Assembly: GCA_958429345.1 (NCBI GenBank)
Contig: CAUAJK010000004.1
Location: 14,781-78,780, forward strand
Reading direction: 5' to 3'
Source of the DNA: an uncultured Collinsella sp.
GTDB taxonomy: Bacteria > Actinomycetota > Coriobacteriia > Coriobacteriales > Coriobacteriaceae
DNA length: 64,000 nt
Part shown: positions 1-8,837 of the stretch, piece by piece
Layout: every line of letters begins with the position of its first letter
Numbering within the stretch: position 1 is the first letter of the stretch
The notes under the pieces: model-generated
What the model was told of the DNA's origin: nothing
The model's input: the letters and a program-made list of their open reading frames with translations, nothing else
Databases searched by the model: none
Translations under genes and position numbers: made by a program

Positions 1-906
1 GGCGTGCTGGGCGGTGTCGTGTCGACGCTGCGCGCGTATGTCCAGCCGGGCGATGCGGTACTGGTCCACAGCCCCACCTACATCGGCTTTATCAAGTCCA
101 TCGAAGCCGCGGGCTATCGCATTGTCCACAGCCCGCTTAAGCTCGACGACCAGAGCGTGTGGCGCATGGACTTTGAGGACATGGAGCACAAGCTCGCCCA
201 AAACCACATCCATGCCGCGGTGTTCTGCTCGCCGCACAACCCCTGCGGCCGCGTATGGGAGCGCGACGAAATCGAGCGTGCCATGGACATCTATCGCCAG
301 CACGATTGCGTGGTGATCTCGGACGAGATTTGGTCCGATATCATCCTGCCGGGGCACAAGCATATCCCGACGCAGTCGGTGAGCGAGGATGCCCGCATGC
401 GCACGGTTGCCCTCTATGCGCCGAGCAAGACGTTTAACCTGGCGGGCTTGGTCGGCAGCTATCACATCATCTACAACGAGACGCTGCGCGACCGCGTGTG
501 CGCCGTGTCCAACAAGACTCACTACAACGAGATGAATGTCCTCTCCATGCATGCGCTTATCGGTGCCTACCAGCCGCAGGGCTACGAGTGGGTGGACGAG
601 CTCAACCAGGTGCTTGCCGGCAATACCGAGTACTTCTGCACGTATGCAGAAAAACACTGGAAGGGCGTCGCGTTTTCGCGTCCGCAGGGCACGTATATGG
701 TGTTTCTGAACTGCACCGAGTGGTGCCGCGAGCATGGCCGCGATATTCAGTGGCTGCTCGACGAGGGGGCGCGCGTGGGCGTGGGGTATCAGGACGGCCG
801 TCCGTTCCACGGACTCTGCCACATTCGCGTGAATCTGGCGCTGCCGCTTTCGCGCGTAAGGGAAGCGTGCGACCGCTTGGACCGCCACGTTTTTAATGCA
901 CGGTAA
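1..906 (+). CDS. Class I/II aminotransferase, PatB/MalY-type C-S lyase (5' end outside window)
   Basis: ORF is open to the window edge. PLP-lysine region YAPSKTFNLAGL and SPHNPCGRVW are typical of PatB/MalY-like enzymes. TAA stop at 904-906. Confidence 0.8.
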   Translation, partial: GVLGGVVSTLRAYVQPGDAVLVHSPTYIGFIKSIEAAGYRIVHSPLKLDDQSVWRMDFEDMEHKLAQNHIHAAVFCSPHNPCGRVWERDEIERAMDIYRQHDCVVISDEIWSDIILPGHKHIPTQSVSEDARMRTVALYAPSKTFNLAGLVGSYHIIYNETLRDRVCAVSNKTHYNEMNVLSMHALIGAYQPQGYEWVDELNQVLAGNTEYFCTYAEKHWKGVAFSRPQGTYMVFLNCTEWCREHGRDIQWLLDEGARVGVGYQDGRPFHGLCHIRVNLALPLSRVREACDRLDRHVFNAR

Positions 907-917
907 GTGAGCGCTGC

Positions 918-958
918 ATGCGGGGCCTTCTGCCAAGTCGGCTGGAAGGCCCCGCATG
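918..958 (+). terminator. Stem-loop after the aminotransferase gene
   Basis: CATGCGGGGCCTTC (918-931) pairs perfectly with GAAGGCCCCGCATG (945-958), directly after the stop. Confidence 0.6.
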
Positions 959-1050
959 GTAAAACGTCTGTAACCATTGGGCACTCGTGTGGTTTTATTT
1001 GCTATTATCTTTAGCCATTTCAGTCTGTAAACAGGATCGTCTGGAGCTCG

Positions 1051-1920
1051 ATGAAAAGACCCCGTCGCTCGGTTGCCATTTCGTTGTTTGTTGCGCTTGC
1101 AGTGGCGAGTGCCTTTGTCATAGCGATAGCTGGCTGTTCCGGGCACAATGACGAAGCCTCGACGCCAGCATCAAAAGGCCCGGACGCCACGCAGGTAAAG
1201 GACGACGACCTTAAGACGCTCAACGTCGGAAGCGACCTCTATCCACCGTTTGTGTATACCGACGAGTACGGCGATATTGTTGGCCTGGATGTCGAGATAT
1301 TGACCGAGGCTTTGGCCCGCATTGGTTATAAGCCAAAATACCAGCTGATCGACTGGGAAAAGAAGAAAGAGCTGCTGGCGAGCGGCGAGCTCGATTGTGT
1401 CATGGGCAGCTTTAGCATGACGGGTCGCGAAAACGAGTATCGTTGGGCCGGCCCGTATCTTGCGAGCCGCCAGGTGGTCGCGGTCGATCCCCAGAGCGAT
1501 ATCTACACGCTTGCCGATCTTGAGGATAAGATCGTGGCGGTTCAGTCCACCACTAAGCCCGAGGGCATTTTGCTCAATCGCACAAATGAAAACGTTCCGC
1601 AGATCAAGGAACTCTACTGCTTTTCGGACCGTTCATGCCTGAACCCGGCACTCGTCGAGGGCCTGGTCGACGCCATCGCCGCGCATGAGTCCTTGCTGCT
1701 CACCTACGAAAAAGACTATGGCGTAACGTATCGCATTTTGGATGAGCCGCTGCTAGAGGTTGGTTTGGGCACCGCTTTCGATATCAACGATACGCGCGGC
1801 ATCGACGTTAAGCTCACTCATGCCTATCAAGAAATGCTTGCCGATGGCACCATGGAACGTCTGGTGTCAAAGTACTTTGATGACCCTTCGCCATTTTTGA
1901 ATATGGAGGGCCTGTCATGA
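1051..1920 (+). CDS. Family-3 solute-binding lipoprotein (amino-acid type SBP)
   Basis: Signal peptide with lipobox IAGC. The body looks like SBP_bac_3 (LYPPFVY, DCVMGSFSMT). ATGA overlap with the downstream kinase suggests an operon. Confidence 0.8.
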   Translation: MKRPRRSVAISLFVALAVASAFVIAIAGCSGHNDEASTPASKGPDATQVKDDDLKTLNVGSDLYPPFVYTDEYGDIVGLDVEILTEALARIGYKPKYQLIDWEKKKELLASGELDCVMGSFSMTGRENEYRWAGPYLASRQVVAVDPQSDIYTLADLEDKIVAVQSTTKPEGILLNRTNENVPQIKELYCFSDRSCLNPALVEGLVDAIAAHESLLLTYEKDYGVTYRILDEPLLEVGLGTAFDINDTRGIDVKLTHAYQEMLADGTMERLVSKYFDDPSPFLNMEGLS

Positions 1921-4109
1921 TCGATGCGCCTGACCACGCCGTAGAGGAGCGGGGCAATCGTTCGGCAGGGGCATGGCTCCTTGTCGCTCTGCTGGGGATA
2001 GCGCTCTCGGTTGCTGCCGGCATGATGAGCTACGGTTACATGACGGCCCAAGCCGAGCAGCGCTTTGCCGACGTTGTCGATTACGTGGCGACGCAGAGTC
2101 TTTCCTACGATGCGTTCAACAGCGCCTATGCGACCAAAAACCTGATTCGCGTTATGGAGATTGCCGGAGAGGCTGCTCGCGATATGGAGCGCGACGGTTC
2201 GGTGGATAACGCCATGCTGGAGCAATATGCCGACCAGTTCAACGTGAGCGCGCTGATCGTGACGGACGCATCGGGCAATTTGGTGTCCGAGTCCTCGACG
2301 GGCGATGTGGGCTACGAGTCTCTCGCTACGTATCTCAAGGAAGCGCCCGTGCTGGAGGTGGCAACCCATCCACTTAAGTCCTATACCGCCCGCATTACGC
2401 TTTCGGATGATTCGGTTGCAGACATTGGTTGCGTGGCTCGGCAGGATGGCGAGGGCATCGTTATCGCGGTAAGGCATCAGAGCGCGAAGGCGGTTGCAAG
2501 CAATACGCTCAAACTGCAGAGTTTGCTCGAAGGCTATGAAACCATCGATAGCGGCAATATCGTGATCGAAAGCGACGGCAAGGTCGTTGCGACCAATGCC
2601 GTTGAACCCACCATATTGGGCGTATTCGATCTGCCTGCGACGGATGTCTTCATTGTCGATGGTATTAAGGATCGATGCCTGGCTGGTAAGGTCAAATTGA
2701 TTAACGCCAACGGCGAGTGGTATTTGGGTACATTTGGAAAAGCGCACAAATTCTATGTGTACACCTATGCCTCGGCGCGGCATTACTTCGAGATCGTCGC
2801 CGCCGTTGTCGCCTGCGTGCTGGTGCTCTACGGCGGTGCAATAGCCGCTGTTGTGATGATGCGTCGCCGTGCCGAGCGCCAGCGCATGACCGACCTGTTG
2901 CTGCAGGAGCGCGACTATGGCGACAAGCTGGCAAAGGCGGCGCGTGAGGCCTCGTCTGCCAACTCGGCAAAGACAGAGTTTCTGCGTCGCATGAGCCACG
3001 ATCTGCGCACGCCCATCAACGGCATTCGCGGCATGGTCGAGGTTGGCGATGCCAATGCGGACGATCTGCAAAAGCAGACTGAGTGCCGCTCGAAAATCTG
3101 GACGGCATCGGGACTGCTGCTCGACCTTGCCAACGAGGCACTCGATATGAGTCGCCTGGAGAGCGGGCAGGTCGACCTGAACCTCGTACCCACAAATTTG
3201 GTGGCACTCAACTGTGAAGTGCGCGATATTCTGGAGCGCCAGGCCGAGGAGCGTCTGGTGACAATTATCTGCGACCAGTAGACGCTTAATCATCCCTATG
3301 CTCGGGTGAGCGTGACGCACCTCAAGCGCTTGTTGCTCAATATTGCCGGCAATGCCGTCAAGTACAACCGCCAGGGCGGCTATGTTCGCCTGGTGTGCCG
3401 CGAGGTGGAGCCAGCGGATGGCGCCCCCGTCTATGAATACACGATCGCCGACAATGGTATTGGCATGAGCGAGGAGTTCCAACAGCACCTCTACGAGCCG
3501 TTTTGCCGCGAGGAGCAACAGGTGGAAGGCGCCTCATCGGGAACTGGCCTGGGCGCGCCTATCGCAAAACAGTTAGTCGAGCTTATGGGCGGAACCATGA
3601 GTTTTACGAGCGTCTTGGGGCAGGGGACGACGTTTACCATCCGCCTGCCGTTCGAGAAATGCAAACGCTCCGAGATTCCTCAGGCAGTTCGCGCGGATGC
3701 GGGCGATGGCGATGCGCTCCAGGGCTTGCGCGTTTTGCTCGTAGAGGATAACGATCTGAATGCCGAGATCGCGCAGTTTACACTCAGCCGTGCCGGTGCC
3801 GTCGTGACGCATGCTAAGGATGGCGAGTCTGCCGTTGAGGCGTTTGCCGCGAGCGCACCGCACGAGTACGACGTGGTGTTGATGGACATCATGATGCCCG
3901 GTATCGATGGCCTTGAGGCCACGCGTCGGATTCGAGCACTCGATCGCGAGGATGCCGCGACCACGCCGATTATCGCCGTGAGTGCCAACGCCTTTGCCGA
4001 CGACCGCAGACTTTCGCGCGAGGCGGGCATGGACGCGCACCTGAGTAAACCCGTGAGCTCGCAGGAGCTCGTTGAGGCGCTTGCGCACATAGCTGCCGAC
4101 GCTTCATAA
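1917..4109 (+). pseudogene. Hybrid sensor histidine kinase/response regulator interrupted by one in-frame TAG (3279-3281)
   Basis: Two TM segments and H-box FLRRMSHDLRTPING precede the TAG. The same frame continues after it with N-box NIAGNAVKYN, DNGIGM, GTGLGAPI and a receiver domain (LLVEDNDLN, VLMDIMMPGIDG, SKP). Confidence 0.75.
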
Positions 4110-4111
4110 GC

Positions 4112-4151
4112 ATATGGCCCGGTTCCAAGGTGGGTTGGAACCGGGCCATAT
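4112..4151. terminator. Bidirectional stem-loop between convergent genes
   Basis: ATATGGCCCGGTTCCAA / TTGGAACCGGGCCATAT form a 17-bp perfect stem with loop GGTGGGT. Confidence 0.7.
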
Positions 4152-4179
4152 TGCTATTTGTGAGTTTTGCTTTTGAGGC

Positions 4180-4659
4180 TTACTTTTCTTGAATCTGCTT
4201 GCCGCAGAGATGCTCAATCGTAATCTCGTAGAGTTGGACGCCCTTAATGTCCTTGGCGATTTCCTCTTCGACTTCTTCGGCAGAAGGGTAGTACTTAAGC
4301 GCGAGCTGGCGGACTTTATCCTCGATAAACGCGGGGGTGTCATTCGCCAGGCGACAACGGCCAAAGACCACGGTGCTCATTACGTAGGGAGCCCAGTCAC
4401 CGTCCTGGTACCACTCGTTGCCGTAAACGGTAAAGCAGACTTTGTCATCGCGCTTGAGTGAATCGACCTTGTGGCCGGCCTTGGCGCCATGGAAGTAAAT
4501 CTTGTCGTGCTCGGTGTCAAAGAAGTAGTTGACGGGAATGGCGTACGGGTAGCCATCGTCGCCGTTGACGGCAAAGACGCCGCGCTTGCAGGTAGCGAGC
4601 AGCTCGCGCGCTTCCTCGTCGGTGATGGCGCGTTTCTTTCGGCGTAAGGGCCTAAACAT
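4180..4659 (-). CDS. Pyridoxamine 5'-phosphate oxidase family (NimA-like flavin-binding) protein
   Basis: MFRPLRRKKRAITDEEARELL...GVFAVNGDDGYPYAIPVNYFF is a typical PNPOx-like split-barrel N-terminus. Start set at the ATG giving MFRP. TAA stop. Confidence 0.75.
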   Translation of the reverse strand: MFRPLRRKKRAITDEEARELLATCKRGVFAVNGDDGYPYAIPVNYFFDTEHDKIYFHGAKAGHKVDSLKRDDKVCFTVYGNEWYQDGDWAPYVMSTVVFGRCRLANDTPAFIEDKVRQLALKYYPSAEEVEEEIAKDIKGVQLYEITIEHLCGKQIQEK

Positions 4660-4699
4660 TGTTGGCTTCCTTTCTGGTCGTGCGTGGTGGTTGAGCACA

Positions 4700-4723
4700 A
4701 ACTATAGCGAAAACTATAGCGAA
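4700..4723. repeat. Perfect 12-bp tandem duplication AACTATAGCGAA x2
   Basis: Read directly. The second copy contains the TAG stop of the upstream kinase. Each copy carries a TATAGT -10-like hexamer on the minus strand, ahead of the PNPOx gene. Confidence 0.9.
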
Positions 4724-7518
4724 ACGGATCCGTTTTTCTTGATGCGGGCGAGTATGTTTTTGAGCTTGTTAAAGTCGAGCGGTTTGGACAGATGGGCGTT
4801 CATGCCGGCGTCGTGTGCCGCCTTGGCGTCTTCGGCAAAGGCATTGGCGGTGAGCGCGATGATGGGGATATCGGCTGCATCGACCTTCTCGCTCAGACGA
4901 ATCGCGCGGGTTGCCTCGTAACCGTCCATGTCCGGCATCATAATGTCCATCAGGATCGCATCGAAGCTGCCGGCGGGATGAGACAGGTACAGATCGACGA
5001 CTTCGTTGCCGTTGACGGCGCGGGTGACCACGACGCCCTCGGATTCTAGCAGCGCCTGGGCAATCTCGGCATTCAATTCGTTGTCTTCGGCGAGCAGCAC
5101 GTTCATGTTGGCAAGCGAGCAGTCGAGCGCCTTCTCGACCGTATCCGTCCGCGCCTGGGGGTTCTTGTCGATATCGAGCGGAATTTCCACGTAGAACGTG
5201 GTGCCCACATGGAGCTCGCTGGTGACTTCGATGGTGCCGCCCATCAGTTCAATAAGCGACTTGACGATTGGCATGCCCATGCCGGTTCCTTGGAACTTGC
5301 TGCGCGCATCGTCACCTTCTTGGGCAAACGGCTCATAGATATGCTTTAAAAACTTGGGAGCCATGCCAATGCCGGTATCCGAAACGCTAAAGCAAAAGAG
5401 CGCGCGCCCGTTATCGAGTGGCTTGGTCTTTGAGCTAAAGGTGACGGAGCCGCCGTGCTTGTTGTACTTAATGCTGTTGTCTAACAGGTTGATCATGATC
5501 TGTCGGATATGGGTGGGACTGCCGATCATGTATGGCCCCGTGGCGTACGGCAGACTATTGTCCTGCATTGTGATGCCGTTACTGGACGCGCGGAGCTTGC
5601 ACAGCACTAGCGTATCGTCACAGAGCTCTTTGAGGTTAAAAGGCGCATGCTCCAGTGTTAGCTTGCGGTCTTCGATTTTGCCCATCTCGAGGATGTCGTT
5701 GATCAGCGAGAGCAGGTGATTGGCGGCAACGCGCGCCTTGGCACGGCTCTCGCGGGCGACTTGCATATCGCCTTCCTTCAATTCCTCGATCTCGATAAGG
5801 CCCAGGATACCGTTGAGCGGCGTACGGATGTCGTGGCTCATGCGCGTGAGGAATGCCGTCTTAGCGGCGTTGGCAGCATCGGCTTTTTTGCGCTCGGTTC
5901 GAGCGCGCACGAGCGCCCAGATGAGCAGGACGATGCCGACCGACAACATACCGATGAGGGTAGCTGCAATGGCGGTGCGGTTGCGATAAAGGAATTGAAG
6001 CGTGTTGGATTCCTGGGCCGTGTACGACGTGGAGGAGAAATTGCTTGCGGAGAGCGATTCTCCGGCATTGATGATGCCCTTGTTGATGATTCCCAACAGC
6101 TCGGGTTTTCCGCGCGAAATCCAGCACGAGATCTCACAGGTGTCAGGGAGCTCGGTCGTCTCGCAGTCCTCGAGATCGTAACGGTCACCGATGGTTTTTA
6201 CGCGTGAACTGGGAGCGACGATGCAGTGCGCCGTTCCCTTCCTGAGGGCGTCGAACGCTTCATCGTCGGATTGGTATTCGGTTACGGTCGCTGTGGGGAA
6301 CAGACTTTCAAGTGCATTTTTGTTGACAAACGATGATTTGGTGCAGGCGATGTTCTGAAGGTCTTTGTTCAGGCTGCTGCCGGTGTGGATGGCGGTGAGG
6401 GGTATGGTCCCCAACGATATCGACTGCACAACGCCTGTTTGCTCGGCAAACCAGTAATCTCGGTATACCGGCAGCGCAACGTCTATGCTTCCCTTTGACA
6501 GGGCCTTTGACATCATCTTGTAGCTATCAAAGGCGACGGTTTTGACCGTAATGCCAAATTTATCGTGTAGCGTCGTCGCAAGCGATGCGAGCGAGCCTTC
6601 CATTTCGCCGTCTTCGTCCTCGTTGCAGTAGGGGAGTTTGCCCGTAATGTAGCCGAGCGTGATGGTGTTGTCATTTGCTTTGAGCCAGGAACGTTCGGGG
6701 CCGTTGAGCGATGATGAGCCGCTGTTTTGGGTCGAGTAGTGAGATTTTACTTCGTCGTTATAGCGTGGGTTGACGCGGGCGATTGCCGTCATGGCAGCAT
6801 TGATGTCGTCCATCAGGTCGGGGCGGCTTTTGGGAACGGCAAAGTAGTAGTCGTTCGAACCAATGTAGAACATGGGGGAGGCATTGGGCGACGAGATTGT
6901 GTCGTTCATGATGACGGCATCGACTTCGTCGTTTGCGAGCGCGTCAAAGAGATCGGATCCTCCGTCATACTCCTTGTATGTGCAGGCGATTCCTTCGCTG
7001 GCGAGCCATTGCTGGCCAACGAAGGTTTGCATGACGTCGGGGTTGCAACCGATAGTGAGACCCTGGAGTGCTTGAGGGTCACCCTTTGCAAGGTCGTCAC
7101 GGTCGGGCCTGGCGTAGATGTAGTAGCGCTCGGTGCCCTCGGGGTTCGAGGAAAAGAGCAGCTTTTGGGCACGTTCCTCGGAGTAGGAGATGTTGGGCAT
7201 GAGGTCGATCTCGCCTGCCTCGAGCATGTCCATAAGCTCGGTGAAGGTGCCGGAGACGTATTCGTATCGCCAGCCGGACGTGTAGTACGACAGGGTCTGG
7301 AGGTACTCGTAACCCCATCCCGAGAGACGCTCGCCGGGGGTGCCGTCCTGGAAGCCCTCGTTGCTGACGAGCCAGCCGACGCGGACCGTCTTGACTTGCT
7401 AATCGGTATTGGCGGCATAGGCGGGGGCGGGCATGATGGTGCTCAGTACGGCGAGCGCGGCAAGCGCGACGGCCAGGGTGCGATATATAACTGAACGAAG
7501 GACTGTGGCAGCTCTCAC
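4714..7518 (-). pseudogene. Hybrid sensor histidine kinase/response regulator with two periplasmic SBP_bac_3 domains, interrupted by in-frame TAG (7399-7401)
   Basis: A GTG at 7518 opens a signal peptide VRAATVLRSVIYRTLAVALAALAVLSTIMPAPAYAANTD. After the TAG the same frame reads QVKTVRVGWLVSNEGF... into the 839-aa ORF. That ORF has H-box FLTRMSHDIRTPLNG, N-box NLLDNSIKYN, GTGMGMPI and a receiver domain LLAEDNELN...DIMMPDMDG...SKP. Confidence 0.75.
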
Positions 7519-7604
7519 ATGCAATCCTAACGAATCGAGACATTACCGCATAAGGATACCAGCTCAGCCTGCCCAGCCGGCAGCTGCACCGCTAAACGGT
7601 CCCG

Positions 7605-7663
7605 CCCGGCAGTTGGGGACAGTCCCTTTCTGCCGGCACAAAAGGAACGTCCCTAACTGCCGG
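7605..7663. repeat. Composite double hairpin with GGGAC cores (family member)
   Basis: CCGGCAG-TTG-GGGACAGTCCC-TTT-CTGCCGG is followed by CCGGCA-(loop containing GGAACGTCCC)-TGCCGG. The reverse complement matches 21296-21331 at 33 of 36 positions. Confidence 0.85.
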
Positions 7664-7716
7664 TTGTGGGACAATACCGAGCGAACGAGATTGGACGTCT
7701 GGGAAAAGGGGTCGCG

Positions 7717-8142
7717 ATGAACAAGTTGAGGACGCTTGCCGACGTACTGCGACAGGCCGGCTTTGCGCGCATCACGGGTCTGTTTCTTATCTTTTACCTG
7801 CTGTGCTCGACGGCTGTCTGGCTGTCCGAGCCCACGACCCTCACGTTTGGCGATGGTCTCTGGTTTAGCTTTGAGACGGTCTCGACGATCGGCTTTGGCG
7901 ATATCCCCGCCGAAACGCCGGTTGCCCGCGGCATTACCGTTATCCTAAGCGTCATCAGTATCTTCTATATCGCCATGCTTACGGGCGTGGCGGTGAACTA
8001 CTGCAATACGCTCATCAAGCTGCGCCAAAAGGACACCATGGCGCGCTTTATGGACGATCTTGAGCATTTGGAAGAACTCGACCGCGATGAGCTCGCCGAT
8101 TTGTCGCGCCGTGTGCGCGAGTACCGTCGCCGGCAACGATAG
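7717..8142 (+). CDS. Two-TM potassium channel (KcsA-like) protein
   Basis: Selectivity filter TVSTIGFGDI lies between two hydrophobic helices. RBS GAAAAGGGG precedes the ATG at 7717. TAG stop. Confidence 0.8.
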   Translation: MNKLRTLADVLRQAGFARITGLFLIFYLLCSTAVWLSEPTTLTFGDGLWFSFETVSTIGFGDIPAETPVARGITVILSVISIFYIAMLTGVAVNYCNTLIKLRQKDTMARFMDDLEHLEELDRDELADLSRRVREYRRRQR

Positions 8143-8178
8143 AACGGGTGCCGCGCGTCACGACGAGGGGGATTGCAT

Positions 8179-8712
8179 ATGAACATCACGGTGTACCTGG
8201 GCGCGAGCGTCGGTAATGACCCGGCGTTTCTACCTGCGGTACAGGAGCTGGGCAACTGGATTGGCACCAACGGCCACGCGCTGGTATACGGCGGCTCCAA
8301 GTCGGGCCTGATGGGCGCGCTTGCCGATAGCGTGCTCGATGCTGGCGGGCATGTGACGGGCGTTGAGCCGAGCTTTTTTATCGAGGCAGAGTTTCAACAC
8401 GACGGTATTGACGACCTCATCGTGACGAGCGACATGGCGGAGCGCAAGGCCAAGATGATTGAGCTCGGCGATGCGTTCATCGCATTTCCGGGCGGCACGG
8501 GCACGCTCGAGGAGATTGCCGAGGTCATGTCCGCCGTGTCGTTGGGGCATCTGAGCGCGCCGTGCATTCTGTACAACCTGGATGGGTACTACAACGACCT
8601 CAAAGCCCTGCTCGGGCATATGATTGATAAGGGGCTTTCGAGCTCGAGGCGCCAACTCGGCATCTACTTTGCCGACGATTTGCGCGAGATTGCCTCGATT
8701 ATCAACGGATAA
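8179..8712 (+). CDS. LOG family (TIGR00730) nucleotide phosphoribohydrolase
   Basis: GGSKSGLMG and PGGTGTLEE motifs. Confidence 0.85.
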   Translation: MNITVYLGASVGNDPAFLPAVQELGNWIGTNGHALVYGGSKSGLMGALADSVLDAGGHVTGVEPSFFIEAEFQHDGIDDLIVTSDMAERKAKMIELGDAFIAFPGGTGTLEEIAEVMSAVSLGHLSAPCILYNLDGYYNDLKALLGHMIDKGLSSSRRQLGIYFADDLREIASIING

Positions 8713-8837
8713 GTCTTGAGCCTGCCCCACTATGACTCCCAATGGTGCCGTTTGCGGCGCAGATGGTTGGCTCGTTCGGACAACGCTCGCTCTACAATAA
8801 AACGTATCTATGTCGACTTTGACCGCGGGAGGACCCG

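Noticed and set aside
1827-3518. Very long antisense ORFs lie opposite well-supported genes. They are 1827-3518(-), 13816-15405(-), 25418-27907(-), 33246-34589(+), 40165-41184(-), 45334-46632(-), 49239-50687(+) and 60809-62071(-).
   Set aside because: Each lies antisense to a gene with unmistakable family motifs. Their translations are Arg/His/Gly/Ala-rich low-complexity strings with no motifs. Stop-poor antisense frames are expected at about 60% GC.
4180-4716. The kinase (stop at 4714-4716) and the PNPOx-family ORF (to 4698) are in the same frame, separated only by two TAGs, which suggested a read-through fusion.
   Set aside because: The kinase already ends with a complete receiver domain. 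The PNPOx protein has its own conserved N-terminus starting at MFRP (4659). The intervening codons come from a 12-bp tandem repeat. The shared frame is most likely coincidence.
1917-7518. Global reassignment of TAG (pyrrolysine or another sense reading) as the explanation for the two in-frame ambers.
   Set aside because: TAG terminates at least 12 well-delimited genes in this window, including the K+ channel, ClC, EamA, SDR, UvrA paralog, LysR, MetE-like, uracil permease, bsh-like and aminotransferase genes, and the second kinase itself. No pyl genes or suppressor tRNA are visible here. Only site-specific read-through or mutation remains possible.
7630-7650. A sigma-54 promoter (GGCAC-N5-TTGC-like) inside the CCGGCAC hairpin element.
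   Set aside because: Only the GGCAC half is present. No TTGC lies at the correct spacing, and no enhancer-binding protein gene is nearby.
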